Source: Macrostomum lignano (Eukaryota). From it: a stretch of DNA of 64,000 nt. This document shows, piece after piece, positions 49,560 through 62,183 of the stretch. The position numbers and the translations under genes were made by a program. Location of the stretch: assembly GCA_002269645.1 (NCBI GenBank), contig NIVC01001678.1, positions 124,001 through 188,000 on the forward strand. The letters run 5' to 3'. The notes below the pieces were generated by a model, which worked only from the letters and a program-made list of their open reading frames with translations, did no database searches and was not told the origin of the DNA. Each line of letters starts with the position of its first letter. The stretch's first letter is position 1.

Positions 49560-50345
49560 GATCGCTATGCTTGGGCCAGCCTCCCAGATCCTCAGTTGCT
49601 GGGCCAGCCTCCCAGATCCTCAGTTGCTGGGCCAGCCTCCCAGATCCTCAGTTGCTTAGCCAGCCTCCCACATCCTCAGTTGCTGGGCCAGCCTCCCAGA
49701 TCCTCAGTTGCTGGGCCAGCCTCCCAGATCCTCAGTTGCTTAGCCAGCCTCCCAGATCCTCAGTTGCTTAGCCAGCCTCCCAGATCCTCAGTTGCTGGGC
49801 CAGCCTCCCAGATCCTCAGTTGCTTAGCCAGCCTCCCAGATCCTCAGTTGCTTAGCCAGCCTCCCAGATCCTCAGTTGCTGGGCCAGCCTCCCAGATCCT
49901 CAGTTGCTGGGCCAGCCTCCCAGATCCTCAGTTGCTGGGCCAGCCTCCCAGGTCCTCAGTTGCTGGGACAGCCTCCCAGATCCTCAGTTTCTGGACCAGC
50001 CTCCCAGGTCCTCAGTTGCTGGGCCAGCCTCCCAGATCCTCAGTTGCTGGGCCAGCCTCCCAGATCCTCAGTTTCTGGACCAGCCTTCCTGATCCTCAGT
50101 TGCTAGACCAGCCTCCCAGATCCTCAGTTGCTTTGGCGAACCTCCCAGATACTCAATTTCTGGGCCAGCCTCCCAGGTCCTCAGTTGCTGGGCCAGCCTC
50201 CCAGATCCTCAGTTGATGTGCCAGCTTCCCAGATCCTCAGTTTCTGGACCAGCCTCCCAGATCCTCAGTTGCTTTGGCGAACCTCCCAGATCCTCAATTT
50301 CTGGTCCAGTATTCCAGATCTTCCAGATCCTCAGTTGCTGGGCCA
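49560..50345. repeat. Second array of the 28-bp CCAGCCTCCCAGATCCTCAGTTGCTGGG minisatellite
   Basis: Same unit and orientation as 11810-12745. Confidence 0.95.
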
Positions 50346-50473
50346 TTGTCATCCTTCCACATCCCCAGGCTGAGCTCAGAACTCATATTTAGATTCTCAT
50401 AGCTTAGCAGAAGATCACATCCTGTACAGACTCGCCAACACTTTCATGCTGCCTCAGTGTCGCTCCCCCGGCA

Positions 50474-52742
50474 ATGCTCAAACTGGTGCTGCTGGCCCTG
50501 CTGTGGTGCCTGGCAGCCAGATCAGGCGCCGACTCGATTCGTCGCAGTCCGCAGTATTGGCTGCCAGCCTTCTCCGATGCCGCGCCCGCGGGCGGCGACG
50601 AAAGCCGCAAGTTGGCCAGCGGATTCTATCGAATAGCCTACTGGCGTAGCTTTGAGCTGCTGCCAACTGATGAGGCGGGCGAATCCACTGTTAGTTATTT
50701 AGTCCATCAATATTATTTGTACTGTTGTTGTCATGGCAACTAAGTATCGAGTTTTAATCAAGTAATTATCGTTGTCTCTAATGCACCTGTCAGGCCGCTC
50801 TATCCTGGCTAACCAATCGATGCCGAAGTGAATCGGCCTCCGATTCGGTAGCCGAGGTTGCTAAGGATGACTCATCAGCTGTTCAGCTGCTTGCCGACAG
50901 CCACCTGCAGAAGGCGGGCAACTTGTTACTATGGCCGATGGCTGATTATTCAAGTCCGACTAGCAGTCCCATAGTTACTATCGTTCCGGTAGTGATGCAG
51001 TCTGGAGGTCGAGGCGTCTCAAATTCTAGCAATTCGTACGGGTACAATGCGCCATCGCCTAGTACTGTGAGTAGTGTAAATGGGGGCTGATGATAGGACT
51101 TGGTTCGATTCTGTATTCTTTACATTCAGATGCACTTTGGACGCAACTCGGTGATTCTGCAGCGACTCTGGCATGTCTCAGGTACGTCTCTACGGCCCCA
51201 GAAGACTTGTACTATGACATCTAGCGCGGCGCTCTGGTGTGCCAGCGGCCCAGGCTCGATTCCCAAGTGCAGTCACATTAATTTGGGGCTCTAAAATTGG
51301 AATCCCGGCTTGGCTCTGCTCGTTTAATTAACGCCCAAGCCACAGTGAAGTGTACATGCCTAACGATAAATATAAAAAATACAACGCGCCCTATCCCGCC
51401 CGCAGCAGCCTTCAAGCGAACCTCTGTCCATGACAACAACAGAAGCTCCAGCGGGCAGCAACAAGCTGGCCTTTCTACACGTGTCCCGCGGTAGACTCGG
51501 CCTTCAGTTCTCCTCTATTGGCCGGGCCAGCTTAATTGCTTGCACAGTCCGAAGTGGCGCTGACGGCAAATACAGTGCACCCCTTGCCGTGGCCTCCTCG
51601 TCTCCTTTGCTGTCCGCCTGCCTGCTGCTGACTCCCGTGCTGGCGGCCCTGACTCTCGCCCTGTCTGCTGGCTTCGTCTGCTGGACCTGGCGACGCTCGG
51701 TCCGGCCCAGCCTGGCCTCAGCCCTTGCTGCAGCCACCTCGGCTGCCACCGCAGCGTCATCTTGCAGTCTGACTGGTTAGTGTTTGCTTTGGTGAGATTT
51801 TGTAGGATTCTTTAGTGTGATTTTGTAGGATTCTTTAGTGAGATTTTGTAGGATTCTTTAGTGTGATTTTGTTAGGTTCTTAGGTAGTGAGATTTTGTAG
51901 AATTGTTCAGTGAGGTTTTGTAGGATTCTTGGGTGAGATTTTGTAGGATTCTTTAGTTTTTTTTAGGATTCTTTAGTGTGATTTTGTTAGGATTCTTTAG
52001 TGAGATTTTGTAGGATTTTTTAGTGAGATTTTGTAGGATTCTTGGGTGAGATTTTGTAGAATTCTTTAGTGAGATTTTGTAGAATTCTTTAGTGAGATTT
52101 TGTAGGATTCTTGGGTGAGATTTTGTAGAATTCTTTAGTGAGATTTTGTAGAATTCTTTAGTGAGATTTTGTAGGATTCTTTAGTGAGATTTTGTAGGAT
52201 TGTTTAGTGAGATTTTGTAGAATTGTTTAGTGAGATTTTGTAATATTCTTTAGTGTGATGTTGTAAGATTCTTGTGTGAGATTTTGTAGGATTCTCGGGT
52301 GAGATTTCGTTAGATTGTTTATTGAGATTTTGTAGGATTCTTGGGTGAGATTTTGTAGGATTCTTGGGTGAGATTTTGTAGGATTCTTGGGTGAGATTTT
52401 GTAGGATTCTTGGGTGAGATTTTGTAGGATTCTTGGGTGAGATTTTGTAGGATTCTTGGGTGAGATTTTGTTGGATTCTTTAGTGAGATTTTCTTACCTA
52501 AAGCTATGAGTTCCCTGCCAATCGCACTGCAGACTCCTGGCGTTGCCCGTCCCACCAGCAGCAGCAGCATCAGGTGTCTTTTGCCGTGCCACCGCCGCTC
52601 TCCTTTCAACAGCGCTGCTTGCCGAGAGCCCGGTCGACGCCCTATTCTTCTTGTCGGCAGCAGAAGCTGCATCAACAGCAGCAACATCTGCCTATGCAAA
52701 TCCTGTCTGGAGACAGCGTTAGTCACAGCAATGCTGAGATAA
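50474..52742 (+). CDS. Uncharacterised single-pass type I membrane protein (~365 aa)
   Basis: Exons 50474-50689, 50794-51066, 51406(or 51409)-51775, 52504-52742; GT..AG, phase-consistent and stop-free. Signal peptide MLKLVLLALLWCLAA; TM segment LLSACLLLTPVLAALTLALSAGFVCWTW followed by RR; Cys-rich tail. No family recognised. Confidence 0.7.
51222..51370 (+). mobile_element. Truncated copy of the tRNA-derived SINE
   Basis: tagcgc..gctctggtgtgccagcg..ccaggctcgattcc..aagtgcagtcacattaatttggggc...cagtgaagtgtacatgcctaacgataaa matches the reverse complement of the 25626-25988 element; lies in intron 2 of the orphan gene. Confidence 0.85.
51790..52495. repeat. 23-bp minisatellite (GTGAGATTTTGTAGGATTCTTGG/TTA) in orphan gene intron 3
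   Basis: Tandem units. Confidence 0.95.
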
Positions 52743-53129
52743 CCTGATCAGTTCGATTAGTCACTGTTTTTTTATTATTGTTTACATAGCTGCTTTATTT
52801 TCAATTGATGAAAGGCTCAGGTTTATATAAGCTGCATTTTAAGCCTAAATAATAATATTACTAATAAGAACTGTTATTATTGCTAACTTTTCTCTATTTC
52901 GATTTTTGTTCGCAACTTTTTTTACAAAACTTTAAAAATTCTAAGAAATATGCAATTTTTTTCGAAGACTTTGACGACTGTTTATTGTTGGACTTATTTG
53001 GTCGTTTATTCTACGCAAATAATTTTGCGGCAAATTGTCTACTTCTTAATCATTACCGGTGCAGTTGCATCATTTTCGGGTCTTTGTTTAGGTTTACTCC
53101 TTTAAAATTTTAATTCATTTACAAGATTA

Positions 53130-53660
53130 TTCTGATTCCGAGTCCCATATCCCTGATTTCGAGTCCCGATTCGCTGATTCCGAGTCCCGTTTGCCTGATT
53201 CCGAGTCCTGATAACCTGATTCCGAGTCCTGATTACCTGATTCCGAGTCCCGTTTGTCTGATTCCGAGTCCTGATTACCTGATTCCGAGTCCCGATTGTC
53301 TGATTCCGAGTCCTGATTACCTGATTCCGAGTCCTGATTACCTGATTCCGAGTCCCGTTTGTCTGATTCCGAGTCCTGATTACCCAATTCCGAATCCTGA
53401 TTACCCAATTCCGAGCCCCGATTACCTGATTCCGAGTCCTAAATCCCTGATTCCGAGTCTCAATTCTCTGATTCCGAGTCCCAATTCCCTGATTCCGAGT
53501 CCTAAATCCCTGATTCTGAGTCCCGATTACCTGATTCCGAGTCCTGATTACCGGATTCCGAATCACAATTCCCTGATTCCGAGTCCCAATTCCCTGATTC
53601 CGAGTCCCAATTCCCTGATTCCGAGTCTCAATTCCCTGATTCCGAATTCCTAATCCCCGA
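53130..53660. repeat. ~21-bp minisatellite (CTGATTCCGAGTCCTGATTAC) upstream of ELP3
   Basis: Tandem degenerate units. Confidence 0.9.
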
Positions 53661-53785
53661 ACTTCTTTTTGGAAGGAATTTTAGAAACTTTTTAGAAGGT
53701 AAATAATGCAATTTTCGTGAGTATATTCTTTCTGATTCCAAAACTGAAATCTTCATGCAAACTCAGTCAGCTCGAACGCAGCGAC

Positions 53786-56700
53786 ATGCCATCGAAGCCT
53801 TCGTCAGCCAGCAAGGAGGAGCTGCTGGCTCTGACAGTGTCGGAGATCATCAAAGTTCTCATTCAGTCGCACAAGGAAGGCAAAGATGTTAACTTGAATA
53901 AGTGAGTCAGAAGCTTAGTTGAGAGAACCAGTTGCTGGGATGGCGGCATCTCTACATGTACCTGTACATTTGTGGGCAGGGCAGCTTCTCTAGCATGCTT
54001 AGGATTATCATGGCGCTTAGTAGATCTGGAATCTAGATACATGTAGCTCGTACGTAGACACTAGATCTATATACACACACTGAATAGATCTACTCGTAGA
54101 TATTCGCAGAGTAAATCTAAATAATCCTCAGAGTAAATCCCGTTCCGCAGCTTTTATCTACAAACCTACACAGGCAGATATAGATACATTCATGCTAGAT
54201 CTAGATACACAGAAACACATCTAGATGCATTGAAACTAAATCTAGATAAACAGCTCTAGATACACACAGACTATATCTAGATACACACAGACTATATCTA
54301 GATACACACAGACTATATCTAGATACGCACAGACTATATCTAGATACACACAGACTATATCTAGATGCACACAGACTATATCTAGATACACACAGACTAT
54401 ATCTAGATACACACAGACTATATCTAGATACACACAGACTATATCTAGATACGCACAGACTATATCTAGATACACAGACTATATCTAGATACGCAGACTA
54501 TATCTAGATACGCACAGACTATATCTAGATACGCACAGACTATATCTAGATACACACCGACTATATCTAGATACACACAGACTATATCTAGACACACACA
54601 GACTATATCTAGATACACACAGACTAGATATAAATGCATTCAGACTAGATCTCGATTCAAACTCTAGCGCAATCTAACACCACATATTCACCATGACTGT
54701 CTCCAACTGCAGGCTGAAGAACTCAGTATCCAGTAAAAACGGCCTGTCCTCGCAGCCTAAGCTGGTTGACATCATAGCCGGAGTCCCGGCCGAGTACCGG
54801 TCCAGTCTGCTGCCCAAGCTCAAGGCCAAGCCAATCCGAACAGCCAGCGGCATCGCCGTTGTAGCCGTCATGTGCAAGCCGCACCGCTGTCCCCATATCG
54901 CTTTGACTGGCAACATCTGCGTGTACTGTCCTGGCGGTCCGGATAGCGACTTTGAGTATTCTACTCAGTCCTATACTGGCTATGAGCCCACGTCTATGAG
55001 AGCGATTCGGGCTAGGTATAATCCATACGTGCAGACCCGGCATAGGGTGAGCTGATCGCTGCTTGTGTGTGTGCTAATTTGGAAATGTAAGATTAGGATG
55101 GAAATCTGGAGGGTTAGAAAGGATTCGGGATTCAGGGACTAGAAATCGGGATTAATGGTCTGAAAAATCAGGAATCAAGGATTAAAAATCGGGATTCACA
55201 AATTAGAAATAGGAATTCACAATTTGAAAATCAGGGTTTACATATTAAAAATCGGTATTCACTGATTACAAGTCGGGATTCACTAATTAAATATCAGTAT
55301 TCACTGATTACAAATCGGGATTCACAGTTTAGAAATCGGAGCTAACAGATTAGAAATCGGAATTCACAGATAAGAAATCAGGATTCACTGATTAACGATA
55401 GGGATTCACAGATTCGAAATCGGAATCACAGATTCGAAATCGGGATTCACAGATTAGAAATCGGAATTCACTGATTAACAATCGGGATTCACAAATTAGA
55501 AATCGGGATTCACAGATTAAAAATCGGGATTCGCAGATAAGAAATCAGGATTCACTGATTAACGATAGGGATTCACAGATTAGAAATCGGGAGTCACAGG
55601 TTAGAAATCGGGATTCACAGATTAGAAATCCGGATTCACAGATAAGAAATCCGGGTTCACTGATTAGAAATCCCGATTCACAGATTAGAAATCGGGATTC
55701 ACAGATTAGAAATCGGGATTCACAGATTAGAAATCCGGATTCACAGATTAGAAATCCGGATTCACAGATTAGAAATCCGGATTCACAGATTAGAAATCGG
55801 GATTCACAGATTAGAAATCCGGATTCACAGATTAGAAATCAGGATTCACAGATTAGAAATCCGGATTCACAGATTAGAAATCCGGATTCACAGATTAGAA
55901 ATCCGGATTCACAGATTAGAAATCCGGATTCACTGATTAACAATAGGGATTCACTGATTAGAAATCCGGATTCACAGATAAGGAATCGGGATTCACCGAT
56001 TAACGATAGGGATTCACAGATTAGAAATCCGGATTCACAGAGTAGAAATCGAGATTCACAGATTAGAAATCGGGATTCACTGATAAGAAATCCGGATTCA
56101 CTGATTAGAAATCGGGATTCACAGGTTAAAAATCGGGATTTACAGATTAGAAATCGGGATTCACTGATTAGAAATCGGGATTCACTGATTAACAATCAGA
56201 ATTCACAGGTTAGAAATCCGGATTCACAAATTAGAAATCGGGATTCACTGATTAACAATTGGGATTCACAGGTTAGAAATCGGGATTCACTGATTAACAA
56301 TCAGGATTCACAGGTTAGAAATCAGAATTCACAGATATAAATCGGGATTCACTGATTAACAATTGGGATTCACAGGTTAGAAATCGGGTTTCACAGGTTA
56401 GAAATCGGGATTCACTGATTAAAAATCGGGATTCACTGATTAACAATCGGGATTCACTGATTAACAATCGGGATTCACTGATTAACAATCGGGATTCACT
56501 GATTAACAATCGGGATCCCACTAAAAATTGTGGTTAATATATTTAAATAGGGTTATAAAGATTTAAAATCTATATTCAGAGACTGATTTTCGAATTAAGG
56601 ATTCGGGTTGTATACTAATTCTCAAGCTCCTGTGCATATGCAGGTCGAACAGCTGCAAGAGCTGGGCCATAGCGTTGACAAGGTTGAGTTCATCGTGATG

Positions 56701-59700
56701 GGCGGCACCTTCATGGCCCTGCCCGAGTCCTATAGAGACTACTTCATCCGCAATCTGCACGACGCTTTGTCTGGCCATCACAGCTCCAGCGTGCAGGAGG
56801 CTGTGCGCTACTCTGAGCGCAGCAAAACCCGCTGCATCGGCATCACTATTGAGACTAGGCCGGACTATTGTCTGCGCAAGCACCTGTCTGATATGCTCAG
56901 GTGAGGCTTGGCTCTCATCAATCGTCCCCCATTTACCCCACTAACAATACCCGCCCTTTACCAACCTCAAGAATCGCCCTTTACCGACCTCAAGAATCAT
57001 CGCCCCTTTACCGAACTCAAGAATCGCCCTTTACCGACCTCAAGAATCACCCCATTACCGACCTCAAGAATCACCCCATTACCGACCTTAAGAATCGCCC
57101 TTTACCGGCCTCAAGAATCGCCCTTTACCGGCCTCAAGAATCATCCCATTACCGGCCTCAATAATCATCGCCCCTTTACCGAACTCAAGAATCGCCCTTT
57201 ACCGACCTCAAGAATCACCCCATTACCGACCTCAAGAATCACCCCATTACCGACCTCAAGAATCATCCCTTTACCGGCCTCAAGAATCACCCCATTACCG
57301 ACCTCAAGAATCACCCCATTACCGACCTTAAGAATCGCCCTTTACCGGCCTCAAGAATCGCCCTTTACCGGCCTCAAGAATCGCCCCATTGCCGACCTCA
57401 AGAATCATCGCCCCTTTACCGACCTCAAGAATCGCCCTTTACCGACCTCAAGAATCGCCCTTTACCGGCCTCAAGAATCATCCCATTACCGGCCTCGAGA
57501 ATCGCCCTTTACCGGCCTCAAGAATCATCCCTTTACCGGCCTCAAGAATCACCCCATTACCGACCTCAAGAATCACCCCATTACCAACCTTAAGAATCGC
57601 CCTTAACCGGCCTCAAGAATCGCCCTTTACCGGCCTCAAGAATCATCCCATTACCGGCCTCAAGAATCATCCCATTACCGGCCTCAAGAATCACCCCATT
57701 ACCGACCTCAAGAATCGCCCTTTACCGACCTCAAGAATCACCCCATTACCGACCTCAAGAATCACCCCATTACCAACCTTAAGAATCGCCCTTTACCGGC
57801 CTCAAGAATCGCCCTTTACCGGCCTCAAGAATCATCCCATTACCGGCCTCAAGAATCATCCCATTACCGGCCTCAAGAATCGCCCTTTACCGGCCTCAAG
57901 AATCATCCCATTACCGGCCTCAAGAATCACCCCATTACCGACCTCAAGAATCGCCCTTTACCGACCTCAAGAATCACCCCATTACCGACCTCAAGAATCA
58001 CCCCATTACCGACCTTAAGAATCGCCCTTTACCGGCCTCAAGAATCGCCCTTTACCGGCCTCAAGAATCATCCCATTACCGGCCTCAAGAATCGCCCTTT
58101 ACCGGCCTCAAGAATCATCCCATTACCGGCCTCAAGAATCATCCCATTACCGGCCTCAAGAATCATCCCATTACCGGCCTCAAGAATCATCCCATTACCA
58201 GCCTCAAGAATCACCCCATTACCGACCTCAAGAATCGCCCTTTACCGACCTCAAGAATCACCCCATTACCGACCTCAAGAATCACCCCATTACCAACCTT
58301 AAGAATCGCCCTTTACCGGCCTCAAGAATCGCCCTTTACCGGCCTCAAGAATCATCCCATTACCGGCCTCAAGAATCATCCCATTACCGGCCTCAAGAAT
58401 CGCCCTTTACCGGCCTCAAGAATCATCCCATTACCGGCCTCAAGAATCGCCCTTTACCGGCCTCAAGAATCGCCCTTTACCGGCCTCAAGAATCATCCCA
58501 TTACCGGCCTCAAGAATAATCCCATTACCGGCCTCAAGAATCGCCCTTTACCGGCCTCAAGAATCATCCCATTACCGGCCTCAAGAATCACCCCATTACC
58601 GACCTCAAGAATCGCCCTTTACCGACCTCAAGAATCACCCCATTACCGACCTCAAGAATCACCCCATTACCGACCTTAAGAATCGCCCTTTACCGGCCTC
58701 AAGAATCGCCCTTTACCGGCCTCAAGAATCATCCCATTACCGGCCTCAAGAATCATCCCATTACCGGCCTCAAGAATCGCCCTTTACCGGCCTCAAGAAT
58801 CATCCCATTACCGGCCTCAAGAATCGCCCTTTACCGACCTCAAGAATCGCCCTTTACCGACCTCAAGAATCATCCCATTACCGGCCTCAAGAATCATCCC
58901 ATTACCGACCTTAAGAATCGCCCTTTACCGGCCTCAAGAATCGCCCTTTACCGGCCTCAAGAATCATCCCATTACCGGCCTCAAGAATCATCCCATTACC
59001 GGCCTCAAGAATCGCCCCATTACCGACCTTAAGAATCGCCCTTTACCGGCCTCAAGAATCGCCCTTTACCGGCCTCAAGAATCATCCCATTACCGGCCTC
59101 AAGAATCATCCCATTACCGGCCTCAAGAATCGCCCTTTACCGGCCTCAAGAATCATCCCATTACCGGCCTCAAGAATCGCCCTTTACCGACCTCAAGAAT
59201 CGCCCTTTACCGGCCTCAAGAATCACCCCATTACCGGCCTCAAGAATCGCCCTTTACCGACCTTAAGAATCGCCCTTTACCGGCCTCAAGAATCGCCCTT
59301 TACCGACCTGAAGAATCACCCCATTACCGACCTCAAGAATCACCCCATTACCGGCCTCAAGAATCGCCCTTTACCGGCCTCAAGAATCATCCCATTACCA
59401 ACCTTAAGAATCGCCCTTTACCGACCTCAAGAATCGCCCTTTACCGGCCTCAAGAATCATCCCATTACCGGCCTCAAAAATCGCCCTTTACCGACCTCAA
59501 GTATCGCCCTTTACCGGCCTCAAGAATCGCCCTTTACCGACCTCAAGAATCACCCCATTACCGACCTCAAGAATCACCCCATTACCGACCTTAAGAATCG
59601 CCCTTTACCGGCCTCAAGAATCGCCCTTTACCGGCCTCAAGAATCATCCCATTACCGGCCTCAGGAATCATCCCATTACCGGCCTCAAGAATCGCCCTTT

Positions 59701-61700
59701 ACCGACCTCAAGAATCATCCCATTACCGGCCTCAAGAATCGCCCTTTACCGGCCTCAAGAATCGCCCTTTACCGGCCTCAAGAATCATCCCATTACCGGC
59801 ATCAAGAATCATACCATTACCGGCCTCAAGAATCGCCCTTTACTGCACCTCCCACTTCCTCAGCTACGGCTGCACCCGCCTAGAAATCGGAGTCCAAAGC
59901 GTCTACGAAGACGTGGCCCGGGACACGAACCGGGGCCACACTGTCCGATCGGTTTGCGAAAGCTTTCAACTGTCCAAGGACGCCGGCTTCAAAGTGGTGT
60001 CGCACATGATGCCAGATCTGCCCAACGTTGGCTACGAGCGGGATATGGAACAGTTTCGCGAGTTCTTTGAGAATCCCGACTTCCGACCGGATGGATTGAA
60101 AATCTATCCAACTCTGGTGATTCGGGGCACCGGACTTTATGAGCTGTGGCGCACCGGCCGGTACAAGAGCTATCCGGCTAACCAGCTTGTTGACCTCATT
60201 GCTCGGATTCTTGCCCTGGTTAGTTACCAAGTCTTAATTCCCGCCCACGCACTTTTATTTTATTTGCCACCGAGAATGCATTTAGGATCTTACTGTCCAC
60301 CCACGCATTCCTACTATACGCCCACACAATCCTACTATCCGCCCACGCATTCCTACTATCCGCCCACACAATCCTGTCCGCCAACATCCTACTTTCCTAC
60401 TATCCACCCACGCATTTCTACTGTCCGCCCACGCAATCCTAATACTATCCGCTCACGCAATCCTACTACTATCCGCCCACGCAATCCTACTATCCGCCCA
60501 CGCAATCCCACCACAATCCATCCACGCAAACCTACTACTGTCCGCCCACGCAATCCTACTACTATCCGCCCACGCAATCCTACTACTGTCCGCCCACACA
60601 ATCCTACTATCCACCCACGCATTCCTACTATCCGCCCACGCAATCCTTCTACCACAATCCATCCACGCAAACCTACTATCCGCCCACGCAATCCTACCAC
60701 AATCCATCCACGCAAACCTACTACTGTCCGCCCACGCAATCCTACTACTATCCGCCCACGCAATCCTACTATCCGCCCACGCAATCCCACCACAATCCAT
60801 CCACGCAAACCTACTACTGTCCGCCCACGCAATCCTACTACTATCCGCCCACGCAATCCTACTATCCGCCCACGCAATCCCACCACATCCATCCACGCAA
60901 TCCTACTACTGTCCGCCCACGCAATCCTACTACTATCCGCCCACGCAATCCTACTACTGTCCGCCCACGCAATCCTACTACCACACACATCCTTCTATCC
61001 ACCCACGCATTCCTACTATCCGCCCACGCATTCCAACAGGTGCCGCCCTGGACTCGAGTCTATCGGGTACAGCGCGACATCCCGATGCCCCTAGTAACAT
61101 CCGGAGTCGAGCATGGCAACCTTCGCGAATTGGCTCTGGCTAGAATGCGCGATCTCGGCACCGAATGCCGGGACGTTCGAACTCGCGAGGTTGGCGTACA
61201 GGAGCTGCACAAGCGGGTCCGGCCCTACGAAGTCGAACTGCTGCGGAGAGACTACGCTGCCAACGGCGGCTGGGAGACCTTCCTCAGCTATGAGGATCCG
61301 CAGCAGGTAACTATATTGATGACCGAACCTGACCAATCAATTCTACCTGACCAACTGAAATCCAACCCTCACCCGCCGCTCCGCAGGACATCCTGGTTGG
61401 GCTGCTCCGGCTTCGCCGCCTCTCCTCCGAGGCCACCGTCCACCGGCCGGAGCTTCGCGGCGGCGTCTCAATCGTTCGCGAGTTGCACGTCTACGGCGCG
61501 GCCGTCCCAGTCAGCGCCCGCGACCCGGCCAAATTCCAGCACCAGGGCTTCGGCCAGCTGCTCATGGAGGAGGCCGAGCGCATCGCCAGGTCCGAGCACG
61601 GCGCCTCCAAGCTGGCCGTCATCTCCGGGTTGGCACCAGGAATTACTATGCTAAACTGGGCTACCGGCTGGAGGGGCCGTACATGGTCAAGTGCCTGTGA
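53786..61700 (+). CDS. ELP3: Elongator complex protein 3 (radical SAM + acetyltransferase); one apparent 1-nt deletion
   Basis: Exons 53786-53901, 54713-55046, 56644-56900, 59864-60218, 61040-61306, 61387-61700. [14 protein letters not shown] Fe-S motif, [19 protein letters not shown]. The exon sum of 1643 nt needs one extra G at 61627-61629 to read [26 protein letters not shown] (547 aa). Confidence 0.97.
54190..54630. repeat. 21-bp minisatellite (CTATATCTAGATACACACAGA) in ELP3 intron 1
   Basis: Tandem units containing the palindrome ATCTAGAT. Confidence 0.95.
55130..56520. repeat. 21-bp minisatellite (GATTAGAAATCGGGATTCACA) in ELP3 intron 2
   Basis: Tandem, variably degenerate units. Confidence 0.93.
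56925..59845. repeat. 23/24-bp minisatellite (TTACCGGCCTCAAGAATCGCCCT / ...CATCCCA) in ELP3 intron 3
   Basis: About 2.9 kb array of interspersed variants. Confidence 0.97.
60290..61035. repeat. 18/21-bp minisatellite (ATCCGCCCACGCAATCCTACT) in ELP3 intron 4
   Basis: Tandem units running into the acceptor site. Confidence 0.93.
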
Positions 61701-61729
61701 GCCGCGGAGCTTTGGTGAGCTCGCTTCCT

Positions 61730-61746
61730 GTGTCTGTCTGTGTGTG

Positions 61747-61784
<38 letters not shown>

Positions 61785-61842
61785 CCTGTCCGTCTGTCAT
61801 TCTTAGTGTGTCTGTCTGCCTGTCTGTCTGTCAGGCTTAATG

Positions 61843-61885
<43 letters not shown>

Positions 61886-61947
61886 GTGTGTGTCTCCGTC
61901 TGTCTGTCTGTGTGTGTGTCCGTCTGTCTGTCTGTGTGTGTGTCTCC

Positions 61948-61983
<36 letters not shown>

Positions 61984-62046
61984 GTTTGTCTGTCTGTCTG
62001 TCTGTGTGTGTGTCTCCGTCTGTCTGTCTGTCTATCTGTCTGTCTA

Positions 62047-62115
<69 letters not shown>

Positions 62116-62118
62116 TTT

Positions 62119-62183
<65 letters not shown>

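Noticed and set aside
11810-61035. Rule that intronic arrays are always G-poor on the sense strand
   Set aside because: True for many, but PMT intron 4, PSMB2 intron 2, orphan intron 3 and ELP3 intron 2 are G-rich, so there is no consistent bias.
61621-61640. Programmed ribosomal frameshifting in ELP3 (and GT32)
   Set aside because: No XXXYYYZ slippery heptamer or other recoding signal; a homopolymer indel is the simpler explanation.
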